From positions 69,275,338-69,339,337 of the forward strand of contig NC_068986.1 in the NCBI RefSeq assembly GCF_001194135.2: 64,000 nucleotides of DNA, read 5' to 3'. A program made the translations under genes and the position numbers. Within the stretch, counting starts at the first letter, position 1; every line of letters begins with the position of its first letter. Positions 1-11,548 of the stretch are shown here, in pieces. The notes below the pieces were generated by a model. The model saw only the letters and a program-made list of their open reading frames with translations. It had not been told where the DNA came from and searched no databases. The DNA is from Octopus bimaculoides. Lineage: Eukaryota.

Positions 1-30
1 ACAATTGGTCATATTTAGTTTCACACCTTT

Positions 31-1350
31 GGTGGTTACAAAGTCTTTCCCTGATTATAAACCTATATTGAACAAACACTTTTCAAGATACAAAAAACAG
101 CTTTTGGTACACTTATAGCATCTACCTAGAAATATTTATTGACATAAAATGAAATTCAGTTAACTTCAACATTAGCCCCTTTTGTGGCTCGGGGCACATC
201 TAATCGATATTCAATTTCACGCTATGTATAATGAAGCTTATCCTGGCCTTTAGAGACTGAAGATCATGAACTGGTGTACTGGACACTTTGTCTTTCAGAT
301 AACCTCCCAAACAGAAGTCTAGCAAGGTAATGTGTTGTGAAGGTGGAGGCCATGATGTTGATCCACCTCTCCTAATCCACCTGTTTGGAAATGTTTTATT
401 CAAAAATTGACGGATACATATGCCCCAGTGTGGAGGAGCTCCATCTTGTTGGGAAATTATAGAAGGCGAAATTCCTCCAGCTGGGGTACAATATAATGTT
501 CCAGCATGTCCAGGAAAACGTTTGCTGAAATGGGGGACTCGTCAAAAAAGAAAGGGCCAATGACCCTGTCATACATTAGGCAGCATCAAACATTAAACTT
601 ACAGCTGTCTCTTTTGTGCTCTACAATAGCATGTGGGTACTCCGACCTCCATATCCTGATATTGAGTTTGTAAACTTTTCCTGATATGTGAAAAGTTGCC
701 TCGTCAGAAAACGCGAGACGTTGAAGATATTCATTGTTCGTATCGATTTTGTTAAGAATTTCTTCTGCAAAAGCAGCACGTTTGAGAAGATCGTTTGGTT
801 GCAAAGATTGAACGATTTGCACTTTACATGCACGCAGTTTCACGCGTTTGTGCAAAATATTGAAAATGATTGGTTGTGGCACTCCTAGTTCTCTTGAAAC
901 TCTGTGAGTTGATTTCTTAAGGCTAAGTTGATAAGCAGTACGCACAGCATCAACAATCTCTCCACTTGTTCGTGGCCAGCCTGTTCTCTCTAGGTCACCA
1001 ACGTTACCAGTGTCCTTGAATTTGTTTTACCAGTTCTTGATGATTTTAACACTTGGGGGATTTCGGCCGTATTCTTTTCTAAAATTTCATTGAACAGTAA
1101 TTGCCGACTTAATTTCACAAAACCACAAAACACATTGTGCCTTCCCTTTCATAGATACTGTTTTGATATGTTAACTTTATCTGAAAAAAGAGAAAATGTG
1201 ATTTAAAATAATGAAACAGCACATATCAATAATCAATTGTGAAATTTTAGACTTCGGTTTTATAAACTTCAACAACGAAAATGTTTAATTTGAAATAGCA
1301 ACAAAGATATGATATTTCAGAATCAGAGAAAGACTTTATAATCCCCCTGT
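31..1350 (-). mobile_element. Tc1/mariner DD41D (rosa-type) DNA transposon, near full length, defective
   Basis: Inverted ends: 31-56 GGTGGTTACAAAGTCTTTCCCTGATT vs reverse complement of 1321-1347 GGGGATTATAAAGTCTTTCTCTGATT. Length about 1.32 kb. Transposase remnants on the minus strand. Confidence 0.88.
200..1152 (-). pseudogene. DD41D transposase pseudogene (DUF4817-like HTH plus DDD domain)
   Basis: N-terminus KAQCVLWFCEIKSAITVQ*NFRKEYGRNPPS; FSDEATFHISG (D1); QQDGAPPHW (D2); WIRRGG..WPPPSQHITLLDF (D3). I counted 41 residues between D2 and D3. Contains stops and frameshifts. Confidence 0.88.
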
Positions 1351-1701
1351 TTATACATAAACAGTTATATATAATCCCCCTGTTATATATANNNNNNNNN
1401 NNNNNNNNNNNNNNNNNNNNNNNNNNNNNNNNNNNNNNNNNNNNNNNNNNNNNNNNNNNNNNNNNNNNNNNNNNNNNNNNNNNNNNNNNNNNNNNNNNNN
1501 NNNNNNNNNNNNNNNNNNNNNNNNNNNNNNNNNNNNNNNNNNNNNNNNNNNNNNNNNNNNNNNNNNNNNNNNNNNNNNNNNNNNNNNNNNNNNNNNNNNN
1601 NNNNNNNNNNNNNNNNNNNNNNNNNNNNNNNNNNNNNNNNNNNNNNNNNNNNNNNNNNNNNNNNNNNNNNNNNNNNNNNNNNNNNNNNNNNNNTATATAT
1701 G

Positions 1702-1740
<39 letters not shown>

Positions 1741-1741
1741 T

Positions 1742-2010
1742 AGTCGCAGCATGGTCGAATAGCTAACAAGTTCGCTTCGCAACCCATGTTCGATCGCACT
1801 ATGTGGAATCTTGGGCAATCGGCCCATACATTGTGATTTAAATTGGGTAGAAGGATGCTGCATAAATGTCTGGCAGGTGGATTATACCTTTATATCGGAG
1901 TGTTACAGCTTTCTCACAACATACTGTTTCATAGTGATTCTACCTGAGAATTATGTTAAGAGTACACATGCTAACAGAATGCTCAGTAGTCTCTTACACA
2001 TTTAATAAGG
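1742..2010 (+). mobile_element. Old tRNA-derived SINE (family A-like head and tail)
   Basis: Head ...AAGTTCGCTTCGCAACCCATGTTCGATCGCACTATGTGGAATCTTGGGCAA resembles the younger SINE at 57845-58008. Confidence 0.5.
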
Positions 2011-2026
2011 ATGAACTGAATCCCCA

Positions 2027-2072
<46 letters not shown>

Positions 2073-2888
2073 TTTCATATTCATACTCAACGGCTACACA
2101 TTTTCTTAATTCTGAGAATAGCGATGAATACGGTGAATACAGCATTACAATTTCAAGCAATATTTGCAACATTTTCCTTTCACATACACGACTTATTTCA
2201 AAAGTAGAGGCATGAACACCATTATCCTTTATTTTTATTACGCCATCTACATAAATTCGAGTCGTGATGATTAGAGAAATCGATTTGAAGAATGGAATAT
2301 ATGCAAAAATCATGAAATACAGTGTATGAAACCAAGGAAATATACTGCATATTTCAAAATGTACTTCCATATTTTATTTTACATTTCGTGCAGTGTTCAA
2401 TTATATTTCTGGTACAAATATGTGAACGATATTCAGATTGATTCGATACTAAAACGTCATTTATTTTCAGTCAAAGAGAAATTATAATAAAATTTAATCC
2501 ATTAAATTTGAATGAATTTCTTTTATTTATGAGTTTGAGTTTCGTTAATTTCTTTTAAGCAGAAACAAAGAGGAAACAAATGATTCAGAAGTGTTGGGAA
2601 TATCAAAGTGATGTGAGAGCTGGTGTACAAAAATATAATTTTAGGAAACTGAAGTGTAAAATTTCGACTTAATATATTTATTTCTCTTTGTGCTTGGCAT
2701 ATTTACTGTGTAAATTGTTTCTCAAAATACTATACATCCATAAACATGCACATAAGTACACACGCGCACACACACATATACACATACGTACATACACAGA
2801 TACACACACACAAATTTATATTACATGGTGATGCAACAAATGTGATAAGTTCATTTTCCTTAACTGCAAACATTGGTAAACGGAAATA

Positions 2889-2935
<47 letters not shown>

Positions 2936-3531
2936 TATACACCGAGTTTTTGTGAAATGCTTTTGTATGCAATTATATTTGCAATTATATTTACACATAT
3001 ATACATACATACGTATATNNNNNNNNNNNNNNNNNNNNNNNNNNNNNNNNNNNNNNNNNNNNNNNNNNNNNNNNNNNNNNNNNNNNNNNNNNNNNNNNNN
3101 NNNNNNNNNNNNNNNNNNNNNNNNNNNNNNNNNNNNNNNNNNNNNNNNNNNNNNNNNNNNNNNNNNNNNNNNNNNNNNNNNNNNNNNNNNNNNNNNNNNN
3201 NNNNNNNNNNNNNNNNNNNNNNNNNNNNNNNNNNNNNNNNNNNNNNNNNNNNNNNNNNNNNNNNNNNNNNNNNNNNNNNNNNNNNNNNNNNNNNNNNNNN
3301 NNNNNNNNNNNNNNNNNNNNNNNNNNNNNNNNNNNNNNNNNNNNNNNNNNNNNNNNNNNNNNNNNNNNNNNNNNNNNNNNNNNNNNNNNNNNNNNNNNNN
3401 NNNNNNNNNNNNNAATTTATTCAATGTTTCCGTTGAATTTCCTGTTGCTATACAAGAGAAACCAAGGTTGTTGTTGCATTTTTGGTCAACAATTTATGTT
3501 TTTTCCTTGCATGCCACAGAGCGCGCGCGCA

Positions 3532-3570
<39 letters not shown>

Positions 3571-3700
3571 GACCCCAAAAATCAAATGTTTAAGAATACT
3601 TCACTCCCAACTACAATAAAAGACTGTCTAATTAACGGAAAAGTAATGAGTAAAGACGAGGAGACCAGAAGAGATTGATGACAAAAAAGAAAAAAAAATA

Positions 3701-4100
3701 TCCATTCATTCATGGATCCATCCATTCATGGATCCATCCATTCATCCATCCATCCATCCATCTCCTACACTCACATTTGCGGGAATTGTCGTGGAGGTCC
3801 TAAAGCATTTCCTCCACAGGATCCTCTCAGACGCAACCGTCATTATACGTCTCGGCTGGATTCCCGAAATGATCAGCTGAGGCTATCCAACAGTCTCGCT
3901 CTTGTTCTACCCTTAGGTCTCCTGTCTGTTTGGCTCGACTTGCAGAATCCTTCTTGCGATTCTTTCCTGCAATATTCTAATAGCATATCTGTAATACTAG
4001 AGCTGTGATTTCTCAATGCAGAAAAGTCGCAGCTCAACGTGGACAGATTCACTGATCTCCGAGATCTTTTGGTCATTACCCAACATTTACGTCAGATCAA
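3701..4100 (-). mobile_element. 3' fragment of an RTE-clade LINE with a (GATG)n tail
   Basis: Minus strand reads SSQTDRRPKGRTRARLLDSLS, a degenerate G.RP.GRPR.RW.D C-terminal RTE motif. It ends in a (GATG)n tail, seen as (TCCA)n on the plus strand at 3701-3762, like Expander/Rex3-type RTEs. Confidence 0.65.
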
Positions 4101-4432
4101 AGGTGAGAATAGGCATGAAAACCTAACTGGAGCTAGCGAGTCAGTAAAACAGTTGATTTTGACGTAAATCTATTTTGATTTTTTTCTACTATTTGAAACT
4201 ACTTATTCTTGGAGTCAGTGAAGTATATTACAAATACCTTCAATCAGTAAAACAGCCAATTGTGCTTCTTGTTAGGTGAATACATATTTATTGATATACA
4301 CATATTTATTGATATACAACAAATGTGAAATTAAAACATAGGCATAACAGCATTCTTGTCATGAATACAAATAATTTACTGAAACATTATTAATTTCACT
4401 AAAATGTTATCTTAATGTTTTGGACACAATTA

Positions 4433-4651
4433 AGGCGGTTAGCTGGCAGAATCGTTAGCGCGCCGGACAAAATGCTTAGCGGCATTTCGCCCGTCTTTAT
4501 GTTTTGAGTTTAAATTCCGTCGGGGTCAACTTTGCTTTTCATCCTTTCGGAGACTATAAAGTAAGTGCCAGTTGAGTAGAGGGGTCGATGTAATTGATTT
4601 AACCCCTACCTCAGAACTGCTGGCCTTGTGCCAAAACTTGAAACCAATATT
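4433..4651 (+). mobile_element. tRNA-derived SINE, family B, near full length
   Basis: GGCGGTTAGCTGGCAGAATCGTTAGC head, B-box-like GAGTTTAAATTCC, tail GGCCTTGTGCCAAAACTTGAAACCAATATT. Homologous copies at 27040, 38465, 39882 and 44015. Confidence 0.85.
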
Positions 4652-5209
4652 TTAGATACAATTATTTTAAAAATAATTTCTATTGACATTAATCGACTGC
4701 CACGTTTATTACTAATATACACAAATATATTCACAAGTGTGAAAGCTTTTATGAAGTTGAACGACCTGCAAGAGATATCAGTCATGTCTCCCCCAAAAGC
4801 CAGAAAGTTACACAATAATGATGAAAACGGAACATTAACTACAAAAGTTCTTTATAGAGAAATCGTCGAAATAAATGCAAAGTTTGTAGGAGTTGCATGA
4901 TGTGAAATAAAATAATTTTAAAATAAATGTTTTTTTAGTCAAACAATATTAAAGGATTGTTCAGATCACTTAGACTTCGTTGGAAAAGACAGCCTAAATT
5001 TCAGCAATTTACCCAATAACTCCCTCTCCTCCAATAATATAGCATTTTGTTCTGAAAATAGAAGTAGAGTTAAATTGTTTCCAATTCTTTCAAGAGCTTT
5101 TTGTATTAACAGAACATAGTTAATATTGCAGTTAATATCTATTAGTATCTATAGACAGACAAACAGATAGATTGCTAGCTAGATAGATAAATAAAATATC
5201 ATAAATATA

Positions 5210-6434
5210 TTGGGTTGGAAAGAAAGTAATTTCGTTTTTTTTTTTTAGTGTTAAATAGAAGACATTTGTTTTCATACAAAGAATGAACTTAAAATCAATT
5301 ATATATTTTCCATTTTGTTCGATGACCTTTTGCCATCTTTCTGGCAACTTCATGATTCCGCGCTCATAGAACTTCTAGCCCTTATCAACCAAAAACTGAA
5401 GCAAATGTAATTTCAGGTTATCATCATTATTGAAAGTTTTGCAAACTTCGAAATAAATGGTAATCTGATGGTGTGAGGTCAGGGCTACATGATAGATGTA
5501 ACAAGTTCCAATAATTTTTCAGGAGTTAGCAAAGACGTGTGTAGTCTAGCGTTGTCACGGTGAACACGATTCCTTTACGATTTGCCAATCCTGGCTGTTT
5601 TTTCTTTTTGATTGCTCCCTCCAGTTTCATTAGTTGTTGACAGTAAACATCTGAATTGATCGTTTGGTTCCTTGGAAAGCAGCTCAAAATACACAACACC
5701 TTTGTAATCTCACCAAATTGACAGCCTTACCTTTTTTTAATGCAATTAAGCTTTCGATGTGATTTGTGCTGGTTCATTACGCTTGGACCATGATTGTTTT
5801 CGATTGCTATTATTGTAGACAATCCATTTTTCATCACCAGTGATAGTTCATTTCAAAAGAGCTCGATTGCATTACATTTGAGATGCATATCGCAAATATT
5901 GATTCGTTGTGTTAAGTGAATCTCTTTCAATTTATGTGGAACCCGAATATCGAGCTTCTTAATGAGTCTAAGACTTTTTAAGTAATTTTCAATTATTGTG
6001 TGTGATACATTTAACCTCTCTGCAATCTCTCGCACAGTTATATGACAGTGAAATTCAATTATAGTTTTGATTCGGTCATCGTTAACTTCAGTAGGTCGAC
6101 GTTGGTCATCTTTGAGTGAAAAATCTCCAGAACGGAATGTGCATTCAATACCATAAACTTCACACATCTCTTTGGGAGCCTCAGTAGCTTTCTTGCATTT
6201 ACGGAAATAAAAAAAGCAAAATATGGCGAAAATGTTCATTTTTGCACTCCATGTTAAAATTGACACTGAACTAACAGCTGTAAACAAAATTACGCCCAAT
6301 TTTCTTCTAAAATAAGCTAAAAGTAACGGCTATCAAATGTCAAAAAGAAAAATAATGATATTGACATAAGTCATTCAAAAATGTCGTAACGCTATCTATT
6401 TGCGAAAAACGAAATTACATTCTTGCCAACCAAA
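5210..6434 (-). mobile_element. mariner (DD34D-type) element, full length, mellifera-subfamily-like
   Basis: TIRs TTGGGTTGGAAAGAAAGTAATTTCGTTTTT and AAAAACGAAATTACATTCTTGCCAACCAAA; TA at 5208-5209 and 6435-6436; 1225 bp. Confidence 0.93.
5290..6252 (-). pseudogene. mariner transposase pseudogene
   Basis: Allowing frameshifts: MECKNEHFRHI..FYFRKCKKATEA, FRSGDFSLKDD, IRVPHKL (WVPHEL), ITGDEKWIVYNN, LPERWQKVIEQNGKYIID. Several stops and deletions. Confidence 0.92.
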
Positions 6435-7379
6435 TATAAATGAAGCATTACTATAATGAAATCATGGACACAGAAAGATAGGTATGCAAATGTACGCACA
6501 CATATTCACACAATGCTGTGATTGATTCGGTTATCAAATTCGTTATATAAATTCTAAATCCGAGGACAGTATGTACATACAAAGTATAGATGGACAGTTT
6601 TAGCAAGAACGCCTTTTATATTTCCATACACACACATGCACACACTCATATATGAATACGCAAACATATATATAGTAAAGAATATGTGCAATAACAGTAT
6701 ATATATCAAACGAAAGAAGTAGCTGATGATCTAGCATTTCAAGTTATATCCTTTATCAAAGACAACAAAAGAAATAAAATGGAAAGTAAGAAATAGAAAT
6801 GACACTAAATGTAGGATGTCTACTTGCGTTGCAAGCCTGGGGTAAAATGGCAGATAGATAATGGAAAAGAAGGATCGAAAGTTGAGATACGATCTGGATC
6901 CTAGTGACAGTAAATGAGAAAAGAGAAAGAAGGGAATAGGAAAGGAAGAAAAAGAGTCAGAGGGCATGAAGAAGAATGACAGAAAATGAGAGAGGGTGAG
7001 AAAGCGAGACAGAATGGTGGCGAGAAAGCTCTTGATATGGGCTTGTGAGTGTTAAATGCACTATAGTTAAATCCGTTATATTACCATTTGTATAGATGTG
7101 AAATAGCATCGTATATGTGTCACAGATTATAAAGTTCAAGTGTCTATGTATGCAGTAGTCATTCTTGCAATGTAATACATTTAGCTGTGAATTTGTGTGT
7201 GATTCTGTGTGAGTGTGTATACATAAACACATACATATATGCATACATTCATACATATACGCATGCATGTGTGTATGTATATATATATAATTTACACATA
7301 TACATACACACATACATAAATACAAACTCAAGCATATATATATGTAGGTACATACATATACATTTACACGCGCGTATAA

Positions 7380-7412
<33 letters not shown>

Positions 7413-7822
7413 NNNNNNNNNNNNNNNNNNNNNNNNNNNNNNNNNNNNNNNNNNNNNNNNNNNNNNNNNNNNNNNNNNNNNNNNNNNNNNNNNNNNNNNN
7501 NNNNNNNNNNNNNNNNNNNNNNNNNNNNNNNNNNNNNNNNNNNNNNNNNNNNNNNNNNNNNNNNNNNNNNNNNNNNNNNNNNNNNNNNNNNNNNNNNNNN
7601 NNNNNNNNNNNNNNNNNNNNNNNNNNNNNNNNNNNNNNNNNNNNNNNNNNNNNNNNNNNNNNNNNNNNNNNNNNNNNNNNNNNNNNNNNNNNNNNNNNNN
7701 NNNNNNNNNNNNNNNNNNNNNNNNNNNNNNNNNNNNNNNNNNNNNNNNNNNNNNNNNNNNNNNNNNNNNNATGGTAAAAAGGTGTGAAAACACCCAGTTC
7801 GTTCAGCCGCCATCTCTCGGGA

Positions 7823-7869
7823 ATCTGAAACATCGATGTTTCGAGTTTTTTGACTCTTGTCAACGAGAT
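7823..7869 (-). ncRNA. Degenerate minimal type I hammerhead ribozyme motif
   Basis: ATCTCG-TTGACAA-GAGT caaaaa ACTC-GAAA-CATCGATG-T-T-TCAGAT. Stem II and the palindromic stem III are perfect; the core has two substitutions relative to CUGANGA. Confidence 0.55.
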
Positions 7870-8194
7870 GTACCTAAGAGGAGCAACTCTGAACGAACTT
7901 AATAAAGCTGTAGCTTTATATATAATTTAGTCAACACGTTGACTGATTTGCGCTAGTAGATCGCCTGATCTAATTAATTAGCGGAGCATAGGCGCAAAGC
8001 AGTGTTTAGGTATGAGCAGAATTTAGGTTAGTTGAAATATGTTTGTCACATATTTCAACTGCTAAAGGCAACTACACTGCAGTTACTGTGGAGAAAAATA
8101 GAAAGAATGTGGTTGCATTCTCATTCAACTCATAGTTGGCTTTGAAATGTTTAAATTTATTCCAACTATTCTGATTTACGCAGTGTTGCACGTT

Positions 8195-8296
<102 letters not shown>

Positions 8297-8313
8297 AGAT
8301 ATATGTAAATATC

Positions 8314-8346
<33 letters not shown>

Positions 8347-8431
8347 ATATATATATATATATGAAGTAGAATAATTCATGCAAAGGGAAATGAGGAAAGC
8401 TTCTAACAATGCATAGATGAAAGTTGAAAAA

Positions 8432-8471
8432 CCTTTATATATTTCGGGTGCAAAGGCTCATCATCAAAAGT
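8432..8471 (-). ncRNA. Degenerate minimal hammerhead motif at the PLE 3' end
   Basis: ACTT-TTGATGA-tgagcctttgcaccc-GAAA-TATA-T-A-AAGG. Core has C3>T and stem II is degraded. Confidence 0.5.
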
Positions 8472-8714
8472 GTACAGTCAAAAAATGGGTGTCTACACAG
8501 ATCCTGCCATTTGGATAGCTGGATGGGCATGTGACCTCGTTTTAGTCTGGTATTTGTGCTAATAGTAGCAGATCCGAAAATGATAGCGTTGTCGGTGCCA
8601 TAGAGGTCACACTGAGAACGGTGGTGGTGAAGGTAGTTGTTGATGGTGGTAAATGTCGTGGTAGTAGTCGTTGATGGCGTAGGTGTTATTTGTGCTTTTA
8701 GTAGTCCTTGCCAA

Positions 8715-8871
8715 GGTGGTAGCTGTAACAGCCACAAGCCTCATCACGGCAAGCGACGGCAGTGGTGGTAGCTGTAACAGCCTCAAGCCTCATCACGGCA
8801 AGCGACGGCAGTGGTGGTAGCTGTAACAGCCACAAGCCTCATCACGGCAAGCGACGGCAGTGGTGGTAGCT
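8715..8871. repeat. Minisatellite, 3.2 copies of a 49-bp unit, inside the PLE 3' region
   Basis: Unit GGTGGTAGCTGTAACAGCCACAAGCCTCATCACGGCAAGCGACGGCAGT starts at 8715, 8764 and 8813, with a partial copy at 8862. One mismatch, in copy 2. Confidence 0.95.
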
Positions 8872-10311
8872 CTGGCGACTGTGAACATAGTGCTAGTAAG
8901 CGACAATGCCAATCACTATCGTACTGACGATGACGCTGATCATGGTCACAGCGATGTAGGAGCAGTCGGTAATTTATAGGAGTTACCGGCTCAACTCCCA
9001 TTGATTATTGACATTCGGTGGATCAGTCGGTGGATCAGTAAGGTTTCCTTGATACAGAAATTTCCTCTATTTCTCTCTGTGGCCAACATTGAAGTGTCTA
9101 TCCCCTTGGTGGTAATACTGCGTTTGATTAAGTGCTTGCAGAAGAAAACCCGTTGGTAGTCAGGTGTTCCTTCTGTCAGATGTGGAACGGTCGGACCTTA
9201 CTATCGATGTAATAATGTCCGCATTAGGAACACCACATCTGGTACACCACGTATGTCTGCAGACTCTTGCTCGTGTAGTGGATAAAACACAGTTTACCAG
9301 TGTGCAGAGCTGTTATTCCGCGTGTGATTTCCTCGTTGACAGATGTTTATGCAGTGACGGACCCGATTGGGCTAGCACGATGACCTTACGGATAGCAAAG
9401 GTAGTCCAGAGAGATTCTTCTTGGCACGTTTATTTGGCTTGTATCCGTGTAAGGTATTTGTAATGAATGCTGGGAATCTGTTGATTCCAAATATCTTGAG
9501 GAAGCATGCAACTTGTGTGTCCCTGCTGGCGCCGTCATTGCATCTGTTGTGTACAGAGGTGATCTCAATATGTATGTAGCCGGTCTTAACACTGATGGGG
9601 AGGATTGACTTATAATGGACGAAGTGTTGGCATGCTGCCTTTCGGTAGAACATTGTGTCAATTCTTTCCCATTTATGATGCTTCATCGAAAGTCAAGTAA
9701 GGAGAGGGAACCATTGTCATTCGGGTGTTCGATGGGGAAATCGATGTGTTGGTCCATATCATTGAAAATTTCCTGTATTGTAGAGGCATCCTCAAGGCAT
9801 GAAGTGAGCGTGAGGATATCGACCACAAACGTGGTGAAAAAGGGAGCATGTGCAGCGGGTACTGAGTGCTCTAGCGAGAAGGCNNNNNNNNNNNNNNNNN
9901 NNNNNNNNNNNNNNNNNNNNNNNNNNNNNNNNNNNNNNNNNNNNNNNNNNNNNNNNNNNNNNNNNNNNNNNNNNNNNNNNNNNNNNNNNNNNNNNNNNNN
10001 NNNNNNNNNNNNNNNNNNNNNNNNNNNNNNNNNNNNNNNNNNNNNNNNNNNNNNNNNNNNNNNNNNNNNNNNNNNNNNNNNNNNNNNNNNNNNNNNNNNN
10101 NNNNNNNNNNNNNNNNNNNNNNNNNNNNNNNNNNNNNNNNNNNNNNNNNNNNNNNNNNNNNNNNNNNNNNNNNNNNNNNNNNNNNNNNNNNNNNNNNNNN
10201 NNNNNNNNNNNNNNNNNNNNNNNNNNNNNNNNNNNNNNNNNNNNNNNNNNNNNNNNNNNNNNNNNNNNNNNNNNNNNNNNNNNNNNNNNNNNNNNNNNNN
10301 NNNNNNNNNNN

Positions 10312-10369
<58 letters not shown>

Positions 10370-10390
10370 TACCTATATGTATACATCTAT

Positions 10391-11400
10391 TACGAAAAGG
10401 TCTTCGATAGCGTCGAGATGGACGCAATGCTAAAGTTTCTGTATATGCAAGATGTCGAGTCACATTTCACCAAGCTACTCACAAATGTGAACTCTGGATG
10501 CTATCGCCACCAATAAGCGTTCCAGTTGAGAAGGACGTCGAAGAAGAAGATACCATCTCTCCAAACCTCTTCACTGCATGTCTAGAAGTGGTCATCAGAG
10601 ACATTGACTGGACAGGTGGCGTGAATATCAACGGCGAGCTACACTTACGATTCACAGATTACATCGTTCTCATCACCAAGACCATAGACCAGCTGCATAC
10701 CATGCTAACAAAGCTGAACACCCATAGCTCAGCTGTAGGCCTTAAAATGAATCGCATGAAAATAAAATACATGCGATCTGAAGACGTAACAGGGTGGTGG
10801 GAAACGTTGAAATCGAGGAGATAAGGGAATACTTCTATTTATGGCACTCAGTGAATAACGGCCGAGACACAGATGATGAAATCTCGAAGAATACAAAGTA
10901 AGGATAGAAGGCATTTACCTCAATAAAGGATGAGCTCAAAGAAAAGCTGGACAAGACCATACGAACCAGACTCTTCAATTGCCCCGTCTTACATGCTGTC
11001 TTATACGCAAATGCGACGTGGGCTACTACGAAGAGGGAAGAACATTGATTGGTTGCGACGGAGAGGGCCGTGGAAAGAGTCATGCTTGGAATATCATTGC
11101 AAGAGCACATCAGAAATAAAATAATTTGGGAACGGAGCGGTGTGAATGATGTAATTTCAGATTGCTGAAAGCATAAGTTCCGCCGGGTCTGATAACGATC
11201 ACAGACAATAGGTGGACCCGTGAAGTTGCCGAGTGGTATCTAAGAGATCAGAAAAGGACACTTGGAAGGCCTCTACGACGATGGACAGACAATTTAGTTA
11301 AATGACTTGGGCCAAGATGGAAAACAATGGCGCAATCAAGAAAAAGTTGGAAGTGTATTGTGACCATCGATGTATAGCACCATCCTATGGTCAGATGATT
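10391..11400 (+). mobile_element. RTE-clade LINE, 5'-truncated (RT and C-terminus), defective
   Basis: YEKVFDSVE (KAFDSV), EEDTISPNLFTACLE (QGD.ISP.LF), HLRFTDYIVLI (FADD), GLKMNRMKIKYM, TDNRWTREVAEWYLRDQKRTLGRPLRRWTD. Confidence 0.88.
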
Positions 11401-11425
11401 CTAATGATACTGTGATCTGCATATA

Positions 11426-11548
<123 letters not shown>

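Larger units (their letters stand above)
8425..9883 (-). mobile_element. Penelope-like retroelement, 3' half (RT C-terminus, GIY-YIG endonuclease, 3' region); 5' part lost in an N-gap
   Basis: TTFVVDILTLTS (degenerate YVDD), IDFPIEHPNDNGSLSLLDF, FYRKAACQHFVHYKSILP, and VVYQMWCS*CGHYYIDSKVRPFHI*QKEHL (VY..YIG..R...R..EH). A hammerhead-like motif lies at the 3' end. Confidence 0.85.

Noticed and set aside
4628-4900. 90-aa plus-strand ORF
   Set aside because: It starts inside the SINE tail and has no recognisable homology.
8715-8871. 49-bp repeats as a CRISPR array or tandem hammerheads (each unit has TGATGAG on the minus strand)
   Set aside because: The copies are directly adjacent with no unique spacers, there are no cas genes and the context is eukaryotic. 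No GAAA box follows TGATGAG.
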